In this document: positions 22,065-35,450 of the stretch, piece by piece
How positions within the stretch are numbered: the stretch's first letter is position 1
Layout: each line of letters opens with the position of its first letter
NCBI RefSeq assembly: GCF_046119375.1
Contig: NW_027362762.1
Span: 154,318,001-154,382,000, forward strand
Reading direction: 5' to 3'
DNA length: 64,000 nt
Source of the DNA: Phyllobates terribilis
Lineage: Eukaryota
Made by a program: the position numbers and the translations under genes
The notes under the pieces: generated by a model
The model's database searches: none
Told to the model about the DNA's origin: nothing
Seen by the model: the letters and a program-made list of their open reading frames with translations, nothing else

Positions 22065-23327
22065 TGTGGCGCCCCTGCGGGTTCAGTCGTCACAGAGGTA
22101 CTGCATCTCAACCAGAGGTGTGGTGCCTCACTCTCAGGTAAGGATGGAGTACTGCCCAGGACCCAAACACCTGCATCCAACACTACACTACTCCAGGCCA
22201 GCAGGAGGGGCAAGATGCATTGCTGCGCTGCTGAGCCCTGTCCCTGGCTGGAGTGGGGGGAACCAAGAGAGGGGGAACCAAGAGAGGGGGAACCATGTAG
22301 TGGGTGTGGGTGGAGGAAGCAGTTCAGGGGAGCACTGGAGAAGGAGGGTATAAAAAGAGAAGCCATCTTGTCAGAGAGTGAGAACAGTCAGAGAGAACAG
22401 AACAGTCAGAGAGTTCAGTCAGAGGAGGAGAGTGAAAGGAGCAGGAGCTCTGCAGGAGCTCTGCTCAGGAGGGAGAAAGGCTCCAGAAGGAAAGAGTGGA
22501 TCCTAGGGGTACAGGGAGTGCTGGAGGCCACCCGTATGCCCGAATCTACCGGGAGTGGAAGGATCAGGCCGCAAAGAGGACCGGCCCCTAACTAGTGAGA
22601 ATTGCAATATGCAACTAGAAACCGGAGGCTTCTACATTTCCAGGGTGTGGTTGCCACAGCCGCAATTAATCACCAAAAAAGTAGCCACACAAGATCCAGG
22701 GAACTCCAGGTTGCCCGCCAAGATCTGCGGTTACCGGCTTGGGACACTGTTTGCGAGGCGCAGGGCAGGAGGGTGAGAGTCAGCGCAGGAAGACGACCAG
22801 GAGGAACACACAGAAAGGGGTCCCGCTAACTGCTCTGGAATTACCTGAGGGTTTGCTGAAACCCCTCCCTGAGTAAATACTGGATGATGTGGGTGGTTAT
22901 GAACTGCAGTTGTAACCAGGAGCAACGTGATAATCGTGAGTAAAACCCTGAAGACTGCACCCCAATGTCTGTGAATTACTGCTGCGCCATCATCCCCTGC
23001 ACTACACTGCACAACCACAGTTACAGCAACATCTATTAAGTCCCCACTACTCTGCCCTGGAGCTAAGCTCTACCTGTGGAGAGCTAAACCAACCCTGCTG
23101 CATTAACAACAGCTCCAGAGGACCTGCTCCGCAGCGGCGGCGGCTCCCTTTAGCCGCATGCCACAGGTGGCGTCACAAACATTATCTATAAAAACTATAA
23201 TTCCCTTTTCTTTCTTCTCCTTTTATTGACCGCCCTGGGTCACGGACCGGGTCATCGCCACTGTGGCATGTCCCCTAGCAACGACCGGCCCGGCTACCGA
23301 GTACCCCACGGCCCTGGGGGCGCGTCA
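22065..23327 (+). mobile_element. Solo LTR (1263 bp) of the Gypsy family seen at 1-9945
   Basis: TGTGGCGCCC..GGCGCGTCA; TSD AATG at 22061-22064 and 23328-23331. Confidence 0.92.
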
Positions 23328-24818
23328 AATGTCACAGTTAAAGTAAGTAAATGCTACTCGCAAAAGCAGTGTGACCTCTCCATAGTTTGCAGATTACAAT
23401 GTGCTTATAGTTATATACAACCCTCTCGAACTTGGCATTAGAAGACCTGGAATAGAGTTCTATGACTTTCCTGTCATCTCTCCAACTGCACTTCCAGTTC
23501 GTGCTTCTCCTTTTCTCCGCTCATCCCAAAGTGAGTGTATAGTGATATCTAGTTAATACCTTCCTCTTCACATTACCCTATGACTTTATGAGGGAGAGGC
23601 GGAATATCAGTGGAATGCGCATGTATTTGCCAGTGTATTTAACTCAGCTTTGGGTATGGCTTTGGCACTGACTTATGTAGACGTGTGCCTTCCAAGTCCA
23701 TGTAAACTCTGTATCTGACTAGTATTGTTTTTCCAAGTGGAAAAGAACTTCTATATACCATCTGTTTTTGTGAATACTTTCTTCAAATATTAGTGCCGGA
23801 ATCATGCTATGTTTTACTTAGTTCTGAAGATATTACTCTGCAGAGCCCTTTAATGTATCTAAAACTTTACACTGGGAGTATTTCCCAACTTACATCTCCG
23901 GTGTAAGACATTGTATAGATATGCAGCTATTCCATACAGCCAGAAAAAAAATAAGCTAATGTAGGCCTCCTTGATGTGTGCCAAAAGAACAGTTTTTTTT
24001 TTTTTTTACATATGGGCTAATAGTGCTATATGGATACACTGGGTACAGTTCATACATGAAGGATTTCATTGGGAGCCACATAATATATTGGTTTAAATGT
24101 TAACTGGCCTAATGGGTGAAGATAACTTATCACCTATCCAAAGGGAGCACTGAGACTGCATGAAAGTGACCACTTCTATCCCCATCTAGAACGGAGTAGC
24201 AGTCATGCTGGACCGCAGCTCCATTCATTCTCTATGGGGCTGGCAAGTGCTGTGCTAATTTTTTTCCAGCTGCTACATAGTGAATGGAGCAACGGACAGC
24301 CATACACTTTGCTTCATCTAAATGATGACCCTTCATCGTTCTATTAGTCCAAGATTAACATGGGAATGGTTCATCAGTGCCATTTTGAGAGTGGAAAACT
24401 CCAAAGGTCCATTGCTCTTTTTGGATCAAAGTGAAACAGAAAAACATTATGCTTTACTGCCATCACCACTAGTTGCATACTTTCCAAGATTTAGAATTCC
24501 AAATTCAGACACATAGGCCATGCCTGGTGAGACATCATTAATTTTTATGAGTGTGGCAGAAAATGCATTCTCTTGGTTCATCAATTAATATAGAGTAGTG
24601 TGGGTCAAAGGTTAATGCAGCAAAAATAAGAATGCTACATCCTGGATCGCTGGGCTATTGTAGCATATCTGTCATCAAATGACTCATCACAATCTATGGA
24701 AAAAAAGGGCTTTAGGTCTGCAATAGATACTGAGATCATTTCATTTTTTTTTACTTAAAAGCATTATTCAGCTAAATGTAAAGAAAACAATGTTAAATTA
24801 TTATAAAATGTGATATAA

Positions 24819-25780
24819 AGGGTTGGTCCTTTCTAAATATTTATCTTTACCCCCTAACCACTTTTGTAATTAGCTTTATTATATAATGCCGCACACTTTT
24901 TCCTATCTAATCCTTAAAATGTGTTTTTTTACTTCACTTCCTGTGCCAGTTCTTTTGGAGAGGATTCTCAAACAGGATGTCACAGGAGACTGGGGCTGCA
25001 CTCACTTTCCTGCAGGGTCTATGGTCCCTCCTGGAACAGAATGTAATCAGGGGTATCGTTGCAGTTACTTACTACAATTTCTTCCATCGCTGTCCTCTGG
25101 ATCAATGGTGATAGACGCTGTGGGAGAGGTGAGTGCAGCGCCGGCTCTCTGCTTGTATCTCCACTGTCAAATCTTCTAACTTTGAAAGAAGACATCAGGG
25201 GTGGAAATAGAAGCCGTGAGTGACATCAGCACTGCTCCACAGGTTCTAGCACCACCCTCAAATGAATTGTCATAGGGGGTAGTGATAGAAGCTGTGAGTG
25301 ACAACAGCGCTGCCCTTTGATAAGCTGTGGGGCAGCACTGATGTCACTCACTACTTGTATCTCCACCCCTGATGGCATCTTCTTTCATATTTAGAAACAG
25401 CAGCATCAAAGATAGAAGCAGAGGCCTGCGCTGATCTCACAGTCCCACAGATTCTATCAAAATGGATCCAGGACATTTTAGTGGGCTACGATGGAAGAAA
25501 CTGTAGTTAGTTACAGAGGCACCGCCCCCCAATGACGTCCTGTTCCGGGAGGGGCAATAGACGCTGCAAGGAGGTGAGTGCAGTCTCGGTCTCCTGTGAT
25601 GTACCGTTTGAGACTCCTCTCAAACAAAATATCATAGGAAGTAAAGAGTGAAAAAACACATTTAGGCAATAGCTGTATAGGAATAAGTGTAGGGTATTTT
25701 ATAATAAAACTAATTACAAAAGTGATTATAGTGTAAAAATAGATATTTAGGAAGGACATTTTAGGTACCGGACAAACCCT
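24819..25780. mobile_element. Fold-back MITE, T2/Kolobok type
   Basis: AGGGTTGGTCC..GGACAAACCCT termini with TTAA-like flanks; internal arms are inverted (GATGTCACAGGAGACTGGGGCTGCACTCAC vs GTGAGTGCAGTCTCGGTCTCCTGTGATGT). Confidence 0.7.
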
Positions 25781-26581
25781 TTGACTATTTCTTAAATAAA
25801 CATGTTTTCGGGTAAGCAAGGATTGTGACTATTACAATTTCCACAGAAATTCGTACTCATCTTTACCAAATTTCATCAGCGAATGATACATTCCTGACTC
25901 TTATGTCTCTTCCTAACCAGGCAAAATTGCAATTCAGATCTTCAAAAAAAGTGACAAACGTATGGGAATTAATATAATTTGACATTAATTGCCACCTTGT
26001 TTGTTGTAAACCACCTTTCCCGGGATGCAATGTAACAAAATGGCTAAGAAATGGCCACAGGTGATTGGGAGTATCTTTTCAAGAGAAGAGAGTACAAATA
26101 AAGATCATAAATTTATAGTAAAAAGCACGAATAACCAAAACAATACTGTTATCAATATATTGCCATGTAAAATAAAACAAGGGTAAAAACTGGCAAAGCA
26201 AAAAGAAAGTTCCATAAACTATAGTAAAATACAATAATAAAGAATCTACTTATATGAGAATGAGACTGAATTAAACAATAAGATAATTTTAGGGCTCATT
26301 CAGTTCTCTTCATACAAATTCTTTATTTTTCCAGTAGTGTCAAGGACGACACTGGGGAGATCATGCAGATACCACCGCTGCCACTAATATGTCATGGATA
26401 ACAGCCGGGGGGGCCGCGCAGATCCCACCACTATTACCAGTTTATCAGGGGATGCAACTCCACTGTCTTTAATCGTCAGGGCAACTACGCAACTGAGTGA
26501 TGGACGAGCCTGCAGCTGCTTCCATTACTAGCCCGCTATTGGGGAACTCACAGTGAGTGTATGGTATACACACCTCCGATT

Positions 26582-26591
26582 CATATATATT

Positions 26592-26640
<49 letters not shown>
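26582..26640. repeat. (TA)n microsatellite
   Basis: Seen directly. Confidence 0.95.
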
Positions 26641-26644
<4 letters not shown>

Positions 26645-27363
26645 TCAATAAGTAATGCCTCCTATTTTTTTTTTCCTTTTAATTGGCAAGAAATTCAAAT
26701 GTAATTACATAGGTTGAAAACCACAACATTAACGATTAATTTGTCACTTTTCAATATAATCTCCATCCATTTCCACAGTCTTGGTCCACCGTTTAACAAG
26801 GGCATGTATTCCAGCATGGTAAAAAGCATTCTTGGGACCCACCGTGCACAAACTTTTCTGTATCCCAGTTGTCCAATAATTTTCATCACACTGCCTTTAC
26901 TGAGGCAGATAATGCCACACAATTCATCTGCAGTCACCCGGCGGTCACCACGAATGATGTCATCGACTCGCTGAATGTTGCTTGGAGTCACTGCGGTTAC
27001 TGGCCTGCCACTCCGCATTTTGTCAGCCAACGGTGATGGCCCTTCAGCTGTGTTACAGCGACGAACCCATCGTCTAACAGTACTGACATCCACTGTTGCA
27101 TCACCGGACACATTTTTCAGTCTCTCATGAATTCGAATGGGCGTTTCACCTTCTGCATGCAAGAATTCAATCACAGAACGTTGTCTAATACGAACATCGA
27201 TGTCAGCCATTTTGCAAACGGATACAGTCCTGCCACCTGTTGGTGCAGGAAGTTGCAATTGCTGTGGATTGGAGAAGAAGGTTTGAGGAATTGTGCCAAA
27301 TTCGAATATTTAACATAACTACCTTAAAAAAATAGGAGGCATTACTTATTGACTGACCCTCGT
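26641..27363 (-). mobile_element. Internally deleted mariner (CGAGGG-type TIR, possibly irritans-like)
   Basis: TIR TCAGTCAATAAGTAATGCCTCCTATTTTT and its inverse ending ..GACTGACCCTCGT; N-terminal transposase up to WVPRML. Confidence 0.9.
26695..27210 (-). CDS. Truncated mariner transposase: DNA-binding HTH domains plus WVPR linker, catalytic domain deleted (open frame, ~171 aa)
   Basis: RQRSVIEFL..IHERLKNV..TVRRW..RSGRP..DRRVT..LGYRKVCARWVPRML; the native C-terminus GIHALVKRW..DGDYIEK sits out of frame. Confidence 0.6.
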   Translation of the reverse strand: MADIDVRIRQRSVIEFLHAEGETPIRIHERLKNVSGDATVDVSTVRRWVRRCNTAEGPSPLADKMRSGRPVTAVTPSNIQRVDDIIRGDRRVTADELCGIICLSKGSVMKIIGQLGYRKVCARWVPRMLFTMLEYMPLLNGGPRLWKWMEIILKSDKLIVNVVVFNLCNYI

Positions 27364-29584
27364 GTGTATACTTATATGTGTGTGTGTGTATGTATGTATA
27401 TATATATATAATATATGTGTGTGTGTGTGTCAACTCCACAATAACAAAATGAACTACTAGCTGCCACCCCACCAATCATTTACACAGGCCGATTGGACAC
27501 CCGTTAAAGGTAGAGTATGGCTTCAGTGATGCGGTTTACAGCGCAAGAGGAACAGAGCTATTAAATTTTGTATATTTAATCCTGAAAGGTAGGCAGTGTT
27601 TATAAAAAATATACAAATGGGAACAAAACAATACGGTATATACAATTACATACTACAAAAAAGAATAACAAAAGAAAATTACTAAATCTGATGTTGCAGG
27701 ATGCCCACATACCTCCCCACAGTGAGCTCATATGGGGGCTGGTTGTGGGATGTGCTAGGTCTGTTAGAATGTTATGACATCCCTAACTTTCAGGATATCT
27801 TGTCCCCTGGAGGTCCCAGGCAGTATATATTGTCATCATGTTTCTTATTGCGATTTTACCTGTCTATAGAGATGAAACATGGCATGAATAGCACCATTGT
27901 TCGGACCAATATTATGTTGGAGTTATTAGTTTCTCTCTTACCCAGCTATAAATAATCCCATATATTCAATGTGAGGGTGATGTGTCCCTTCTCTGGAGAT
28001 GTCTTATGGATTTTAATTTTCCTCTATGACAAGTAGTAAGTGCATTTAGTCACTTTTGTTTCATTTGTGTTTGATGTGGAAAAGCTCTAAGGCTTATACA
28101 CTGGGCTGTACCATGTGCATGGAAATGGTGCAGTACAGGTCTTTGTGCATCTCCATAGTAATCTACATGTGCTGATTTTAGGCTCTTTAATATGCCAGAG
28201 GTTTGTAGATATTTACCTTAGAAGCACTGTGTCCCAATTTATACAGCAGAAATGTTATTAATTTTTTAATTAATCTGAGCTATACAGAGGTACAGTAAAC
28301 ACCCAAGAACCTCTATGGGAGCCCTATTCCAGCTTCCTACAAAACATGGCTATGCATGCGACCTAGGTCCACACATTAATTTCTTGTGATGTGAATTCAG
28401 AGTAAATGCCTGTGCTTTATTTGATCATGTCTATTATTTTCTAAGGACAGATATGGCTTTCTGTGATGTGACTGGGAGATTTTGTCCCTGAGCTCTGTTT
28501 ATACTTCTCTTAATAATTTTCCATCAGGTTTCAATTTCCCTTTCAATCAGAATAGCAGAGTATGATACATTATTTTATATAGAAAAATATATATCGAATC
28601 CAGACAGGCCCAGTATAGTTGTATGAGATTCATAAGGATTAGTGTTGAGCGAGCTCGGTACTCGCCTGAGCATCTCACTACTCGGGATGTTCGGCGAGAA
28701 CCGAGCATTTCCGGGTTACTCGGGCAGGAGCTCGGGTCTCCGCCCTGCACATTTCGCGCTCTTTACAGAGCCAATGAACATGCAGGGATTGCCACCAAGT
28801 CACTGGAATGCCGCAGCCATGTTGTTTGTGGGCATTACAGTGATTGGCTGGCCGCACAGCGTCACCTCGAGTATTTAAAACCGGGCGCCGCCATCTTGGA
28901 CATAGTTGCTTTGGATCAAACAGTGTAGGGTCAGTGCTGCTGAGTTAGGGTGAGATATATAGTGCGAAATAGGTAGTGTAGGGTCTCTAAAGCCTGCCAA
29001 ATCAAACAAACTAATATCCATCCCAGATATCAGGCAGGCAGGCTGTATAGGAGACGCAGTGGTTATACCAGCAAACGCTGCATTACAGTCCTGTGTGCTC
29101 CTGTTGGTCAAATTGCTAGACTTATCCCCCGGTCTCAGGGGCCAGGAAAAATCCTTTTTATTTTCATCTAAATCCTGTATTTATTTAATTTTCCTCAGTC
29201 AGAGTGTACAAATACGCGTCTTATTAACCTATTGGTATCCCCCCCCCCCCCCCAAAAAAAAAAAAAATTGAGTGTGTCTGTGACTGTTCAGACACCAATA
29301 TATCTGTTTAAAAGAGTCTGGTGTAGGCCAGAGAAATAGAACTGTGGTTTTGCAGTTCCACGGGTCAAATCTCTGTATTATCCAGCTTTTGGCACTTTTT
29401 GCCGTAAAAAAAAACTGTAATAGTGTCTCCCTGACTGGTCAGACAACAATTTATCTGTTTTAAAAGAGTCTGGTGTAGGCCAGAAAAATAGAACTGTGGT
29501 TTTCCTCTTCCACGGTTCTAATCTCCTTTTTATTACCCTTTTTCCATTGATAGTCTGAGTGTAAGCTATTTTACTTCATGTACA

Positions 29585-31671
29585 ATGGGCAAGGCGCGTG
29601 GCAAGGGACATGGAACTGGACGTTCTGGTGATGGTGCGTGTAGAGGACGGGGCTGTGGCCAAGGTGAAAATGTGCCACAACCAATAGCCACATCTTCTCG
29701 CTCCCACTTCTTGACCGAATTACTAGGGAACCACACTACAACACCAGTATTGCGAACTGATCAGTGTGAACAGGTTATTAATTGGATAGCAGATAATACT
29801 TCCAGTTACCTGGGCACCACCACCTCCGGTCTGTCTTCCACATGGTCAAGTTTTAGTAGCCGTGAGTCTCGACCGCATACTCCTCCTCACACTGATGCTC
29901 CTTCCTCCCACCATGCCGAGTGTCGTCAGACAGCAACTGATCACACACTTGGACACTCTGAAGAGCTGTTCACTGGTCCATTTCCATATTTGTGCCCCTC
30001 GCCTGCTCCACTTGAAGTGGTGGAAGAGGAGATCCCATGTAGCGACGCCCAAATATTTGAACAGCCACGGCCACAGGAAGTCGACGCTGGCAATTTGTTA
30101 CAAGAGGTGGATGATGACGAGACACAATTGCCACGAAGTGAGGAGGAGGATCGTGGTGCGCATGATCTCGTAACTGACCCAACGTGGCAGGAGGACATGC
30201 AGAGCGAGGCCAGCAGCACACAGGGTGAGGGAGGCAGAGTACCCCAACAGGCAGGAAGAAGCAGTGTGGTGGCCGCACACAGAAGGCGGGCAACAGTTCC
30301 CCGTAACACCAACATGAGGGACGTTGCCAGTACAACCGGTAGGTCTTCCAGAGTCTGAAATTTTTTTAAAGACTCTGCTGATAACCCCAAAAAGGCCATT
30401 TGTACCACCTGCCATGCCAGCATCTGCAGGGGTGAGAAAACTACCAGCCTGACCACCACCAGCATGATCAGGCACATGGCAGCAAAGCACCCGACTTTGT
30501 GGGGCGACCCCAGGGTCCACGACCAGTGTCAGCGCGTGACACCACTGCTTCTTCCGCTGTTGTGCGTGTGATAGCACCCCCTGTTGTGCGTGCAAGGCAA
30601 TCCCCTGTCCATACTGCATGCAAAGATGCCCCCTCCTCTCAGTCTTCACTTGTTATGGCAGTTTCTCAAGAAACAGCATCAACGTCCACTTCCCACCGCA
30701 GCGTTCAATTGTCCATATCCCAGAGCTTTGAACGAAAGTGCAAATTCGCAGCCAACGCCCCACAGCCACCGTCCTAAATTCGCACATTTCACGACTGCTT
30801 GCGTTGGAAATGCTGCCTTTTTGGCTGGTGGAGACGGAATCCTTCCGCAACCTTGTGGTGGTGGCTGTCCCTCGGTACTCGGTCCCCAGCCGACACTATT
30901 TTGCCTGGTGTGCCATCCCCGCACTACACAAGCACGTGTCCCAAAACATCTGCTATGCCCTCAACAACGCAGTTACTGGGAGAGTCCACCTGACAACGGA
31001 CACGTGGACAAGTGCTTGTGGCCAGGGACGGTACATATCCCTGACGGCACACTGGGTAAACATAGTGGAAGCCAGGACCCAGTCGGACCTTGGGACGGAA
31101 CACATCCTCCCCACACTGAGGATTGCGGGTCCTATGTCATGTCAGTCAGAGTTGCCCCCACAGTGTACAGCTCCTGCGCATCATGCTCCTCCTCATGTTC
31201 AGCCTCCATCACAGATCTCACCACATCAATTACAAGCTGGAAGCACTGCAGTACTGCCTCAGCCAAGCGGCAACAGGCTGTGCTGAAACTCATAAGCTTA
31301 GGTGATAAACCTCACACTGCTTGTGAGTTGTGGACAGCTGGGAAAGAGCAGGAAGATCTGTGGCTGAGACCACTGAACCTACATCCAGGCATGGTCGTGT
31401 GTGACAATGGCCGTAACCTGGTGGCGGCTCTGAGGCGAGGCGAGATCACACACGTACCATACCTGGCTCATGTGCTTAACCTCGTGGGTCAGCGCTTTCT
31501 TAAATCGTACCCCGAGTTGCCAGATCTGCTCGTCAAAGTACGCCACCTGTCAGCTCATTTTCGGAAGTCGGCTACAGCTTCCGCCGCCCTTGCTGTGTTG
31601 CAGCAGCGTTTGCAGCCTCCGGCACACCGACTGGTGTGTGATGTCCCCACACGTTGGAACTCTACCTTCCA
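29585..31671 (+). pseudogene. hAT transposase with BED zinc finger; stop, frameshifts and loss of the C-terminus after TRWNS
   Basis: BED CTTCHA..MIRHMAAKHP (~30400-30490); LTTDTWTS; VVCDNGRN; AHVLNL; TRWNSTFH; Trp-to-TGA at 30356. Confidence 0.92.
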
Positions 31672-32582
31672 CATCTCTTCCTGCACCCTCCACGTCTCTT
31701 CCAAGAGTCATTAAAACTGTCTTGTTAAACCACTCTGAACTCCACAGCTCTTCCAAGGGGCATTGAAATGTTGTTTTTAATTAACTCTAACCTCCACGAC
31801 TCTTCCAACGGGCATTGCATTTCCTCCTAATTTTAGTCAGCTTTTGCTTTTCAATGCATAGGCAAACACTAAGGGAGACCCACTCTCCAATAATGGGTAG
31901 AAGGTTTTTAGTATGCTGTAATCCACGTCTGTTTCAAGGGGCATTGCAGTTCCTCATAATTTTTGGAAAGCCTTCCATTCACTGCTTAGGCCAACAGTGC
32001 ACAGGAGACACAGTTGCTATAAATGGAAAAAACTGTTTAGTTAAGGCCCTCTGACCTCCATGTCACTTCCAAGGGGCATTGGAGTGCCTCGAAATTTTTG
32101 GTAGGCATTGCCCTATAACTGTGTAGCCGAACCGCTCCTTTTGGTACAGAAACATATCCTACAAGACATGTGTGGTTGACTGGCCTGATATTGATATGAA
32201 TGGTCCCTGTTCCTCCTGCTCTTTCTCCTTTGCCACCACCTCATCCATCATTCATCACCTGAAGCTTTGTTTTAATGGGAGTCATAGAACTGGGATAGTA
32301 GCAGGAAAACATCCAGCAATCCTCGGAGGAGGTACAATATGCGCCAAAACGCTGACCACCTCAGGCCTAGCCGCTACTACATACTTACGCTTGCATTCCA
32401 AGAAAACAAAGCAGATGCTAACTTCTATCATCATCATCATGCTCCTCACCTTTGCACTCTCAACTCCCCTGATGGAGAAGCCAGGGCCCACCGGAGGAGT
32501 CTGGTTCTCTGGTGGGCTCGTCCAATGCTGCCCTAAAGCAGGCCAGGCTAAGAAAAGTGTGGGCGAAGTTGACAGGAGAAAT

Positions 32583-32735
32583 AGGGGCGGCTGGGGACCG
32601 TTTATGGACACCCGGCCGCGGGGCGGCTGGGGACCGAATATGGACACCCGGCCGCCCCCTGGCGGCTGGGGACCGAGCGTGGACACCCGGCCACCGGGCG
32701 GCTGGGGACTGAGTATGGATACCTCGCTGCCGAAG
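32583..32735 (+). repeat. Four GC-rich 36-39 bp tandem units (GGCGGCTGGGGACCG..TGGACACCCGGCC) inside the hAT
   Basis: Seen directly. Confidence 0.85.
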
Positions 32736-33963
32736 CAGCCATGAGGTAGTGGCCAGCTTCGGCCTCCTCCAAACTAAAAAGCCCCATTTCAGGTGCAAGC
32801 TAGCAGTATGGTATTGCAGTCTGGGGGTGGGTGGGTGGCAGGCTGCATACTTGCGCTTGCATTGCAAGGAATGGGGGAGGTACAATTGAACACTGCCCTG
32901 GGACAAGGAATTGCATGGGGTTAGTTGCAAGTCTGCATCTTCTGATGCGGCAAGGATCACTTCTGATGGGCACACTTTTAGGCAGTGACCTGGGTGTCAG
33001 AGATGCGTCCAGGGGTCTTCCCCATGCTGTTCCCATGTCTTTTCAGCACTGTATGCATGTGTCACACAGCACATGGCCAGATAAGATTGTAAAATGTTAA
33101 AATGACATTTCCCAGTGAATGCATTTGTCACGGTTGAAAGCAATACAAAAGTGCAAAAATGCATAAAAAATGCTACTTGTGAACATAGCCCAAGGTGTGG
33201 AGGAGTATTTTTGTTTTTGGTTATTTATTTTACCTTATACACAAGTCTTTGCCCTGGAAAGGAAGTTCCTTAACATATTTCACAGGAAAACCGTTTCAGT
33301 TTCGTTTTTGAACGTTTTATTCTGAGCCCGTAAAAGTGGCTTAAAACCTCTGACCACGTTGTTGACAGCAGTGACATGGGGGTCAGAAATGCTTCCTGGG
33401 GCGATCCCCATGCTGTCCCCATGTCATTTGAACACTGTCACTATAGTTTTGGGCACTTTTTAGGCTTTCTACAGACTGCTGGGGGTGTCGCCGCAAAAAT
33501 GCTCGGGTCTCCCATAGACTAACATTGGGCTCGTTGCTCGGCTTGAGCACCCGAGTATCACGGTGAGCTCGGCCCGAGCTTCGAGCACCCGAGCATTTTA
33601 GTGCTCACTCAACACTAATAAGGATCCATTACATGACAGATCATAAAGAAAGCAATTCATTACATCTTTCAGTGTCACGTTCCCATTTATTGATGACTGT
33701 GCATTACCACTGTCATTTATTGCACTGGTTGTGTTTTTCTCTCTTCACAATTTGGCAGTTTCCAGCACCTCTTCTTTCACCTCTACCTACTACACAGCTT
33801 AAAATCCACCATTAGTAGTGCCTGTATGAAAGTCAAAAGTGCAAGCAAGAGAGTGTGGAAGTTTCAGACAATATCTGTGTGTGCCCCTGCCTAGAATTAT
33901 GTTAAGAGTGACCTATGGATAATTGGCTATGAGGAGACTTCAAGTCTGAAGTAATTACATTAA

Positions 33964-34336
33964 AGTGGTTGTCCAGTGAAAACACATTATCCTACAGATA
34001 GGTGATAATTATTGATAAGTGTGGGTCCAATGATCCACACTTGATCATCAGAACACGGAACTTTTATCCAAGTTAGAAAGAAGTGAAAATGTGCATGGTC
34101 GCCCACTGCTCCTTTCATTGTCTACAGGGCTATCGAGAGCCATGCTGAGATTTTTCAGGCAGTACCATATAGCAGATGGACCGACCGGCTGCTCCATTCT
34201 AATGGGGATAAAAGTGCCCCATTGGAAATAGATTCCCCATTTTCCCGGTAAGTCCAGATGTCTGTGATCAGACTGGTAAAAGGTTATCGTCTATCACAGG
34301 GATAGGTGATAACTTGTTTTCACCAGATAATCCCCT
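33964..34336. mobile_element. T2-type MITE
   Basis: TTAA-AGTGGTTGTCC start; GATAGGTGATAA subterminal motifs; ..GATAATCCCCT end. Confidence 0.55.
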
Positions 34337-34481
34337 CTCAGCTTCGTGGGAGACTTACTTGCCCTGTTTCGCGTGTGACAACCCCCACACATATTAGATG
34401 AAATTCAGCCGAACCTGTTTTTTATAGGATCGGCTGACCATCTGACCTGTATGGGGCCTCCTAACTCTCCCTGATAAATAT

Positions 34482-35450
34482 TGTTAGCGGTGAGAAGGAA
34501 CGTGTCATTGTAATTTTGAAGGCTAATCCTTGTGTTTTCAGAGGAGAAAAGATGAGGGGGGCCAAGCTGAGCGCTCTTGTATGTGTAAGGAAGTGGACAA
34601 GAGAGAAGGGTACAGTTGAAGTTGATGCCTAGCTGAGTAATTGTAAGTGAACACAGCCATCTGCTGGTCAAAGGCAAAAGCGAAAGTAAGGGAAGAATTA
34701 CAGAAACTAATAGTGGGAACCTAATTACAGACAGGAAGAGTTTGAAAATGACACCAGGTCAGGTAACACCTGTGTCGCAGTCACTAATTATAAAAAGTCT
34801 GGTTGGGCCGAGAAGAGGCAGTTGGTGCCAGAACCTGTACCACGACAGGTTGTGTGGCTGCTAGGTGTGCTTATAGCCCCCATCACCACAGAAAGGTCCA
34901 AGAGAGATCAGAGGCTGGAGAAAGCCTGAGCTGTGAAGAAGATTTGTACCCCGTTCCAGGTGGAAATCTGTACCCAGTGCCAGTTGAAGATCCATAAGCA
35001 GAGCCAGTAGAAGACTGTGACCAGATCCGAACCAGGACACGATCTGGCTGTAGCAGAGGAGCGTTCCTGTGGGTCAATACTTCCAGTGCTGATGTATGTT
35101 ACAGGGTGTGGGCTGGGGCTGTGCTTCAAGGAACGGATTCGGCCAGTCGACGAGCACACTGTATACCCAGTGACTCGTATATCTAGGACTTGTTGCCTAG
35201 CGGGAAATACCGGTGACCCTCGCTAGGACCAATCTAACGATCAGAGGTGTTTACAAAGACTACGATGGGGTAGGGCCTAGAACTGAGAATGACACCTGTG
35301 AAGATAAGACATAAAGGCATTAACAGTTGTTTAACTGCTAGATAACAAGAAAAATGTATGTAATAGAACATTGCATAGATATTGTATTTAGTTGTACTGC
35401 TGTGTCATATTATGCTGCATTGACCCTGTTACTGTAATCCGCCATATAGT
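34482..35450 (+). mobile_element. LTR-like fragment; right boundary uncertain
   Basis: TGTTAG start; TATAAAAAG followed by purine-rich leader-like sequence; no TSD found. Confidence 0.3.

Larger units (their letters stand above)
28640..33617 (+). mobile_element. hAT DNA transposon (4978 bp) with defective transposase
   Basis: TIR TAGTGTTGAGCGAGC / inverse TAGTGTTGAGTGAGC; 8-bp TSD ATAAGGAT at 28632-28639 and 33618-33625; subterminal CTCGG/CCGAG repeats. Confidence 0.96.

Noticed and set aside
20507-26580. ~30-bp match CAGTGAG(C/T)GTATGGTATA(T/C)ACACCTCCGAT at 20507 and 26551
   Set aside because: Probably fragments of an unidentified dispersed repeat; no boundaries or function can be supported.
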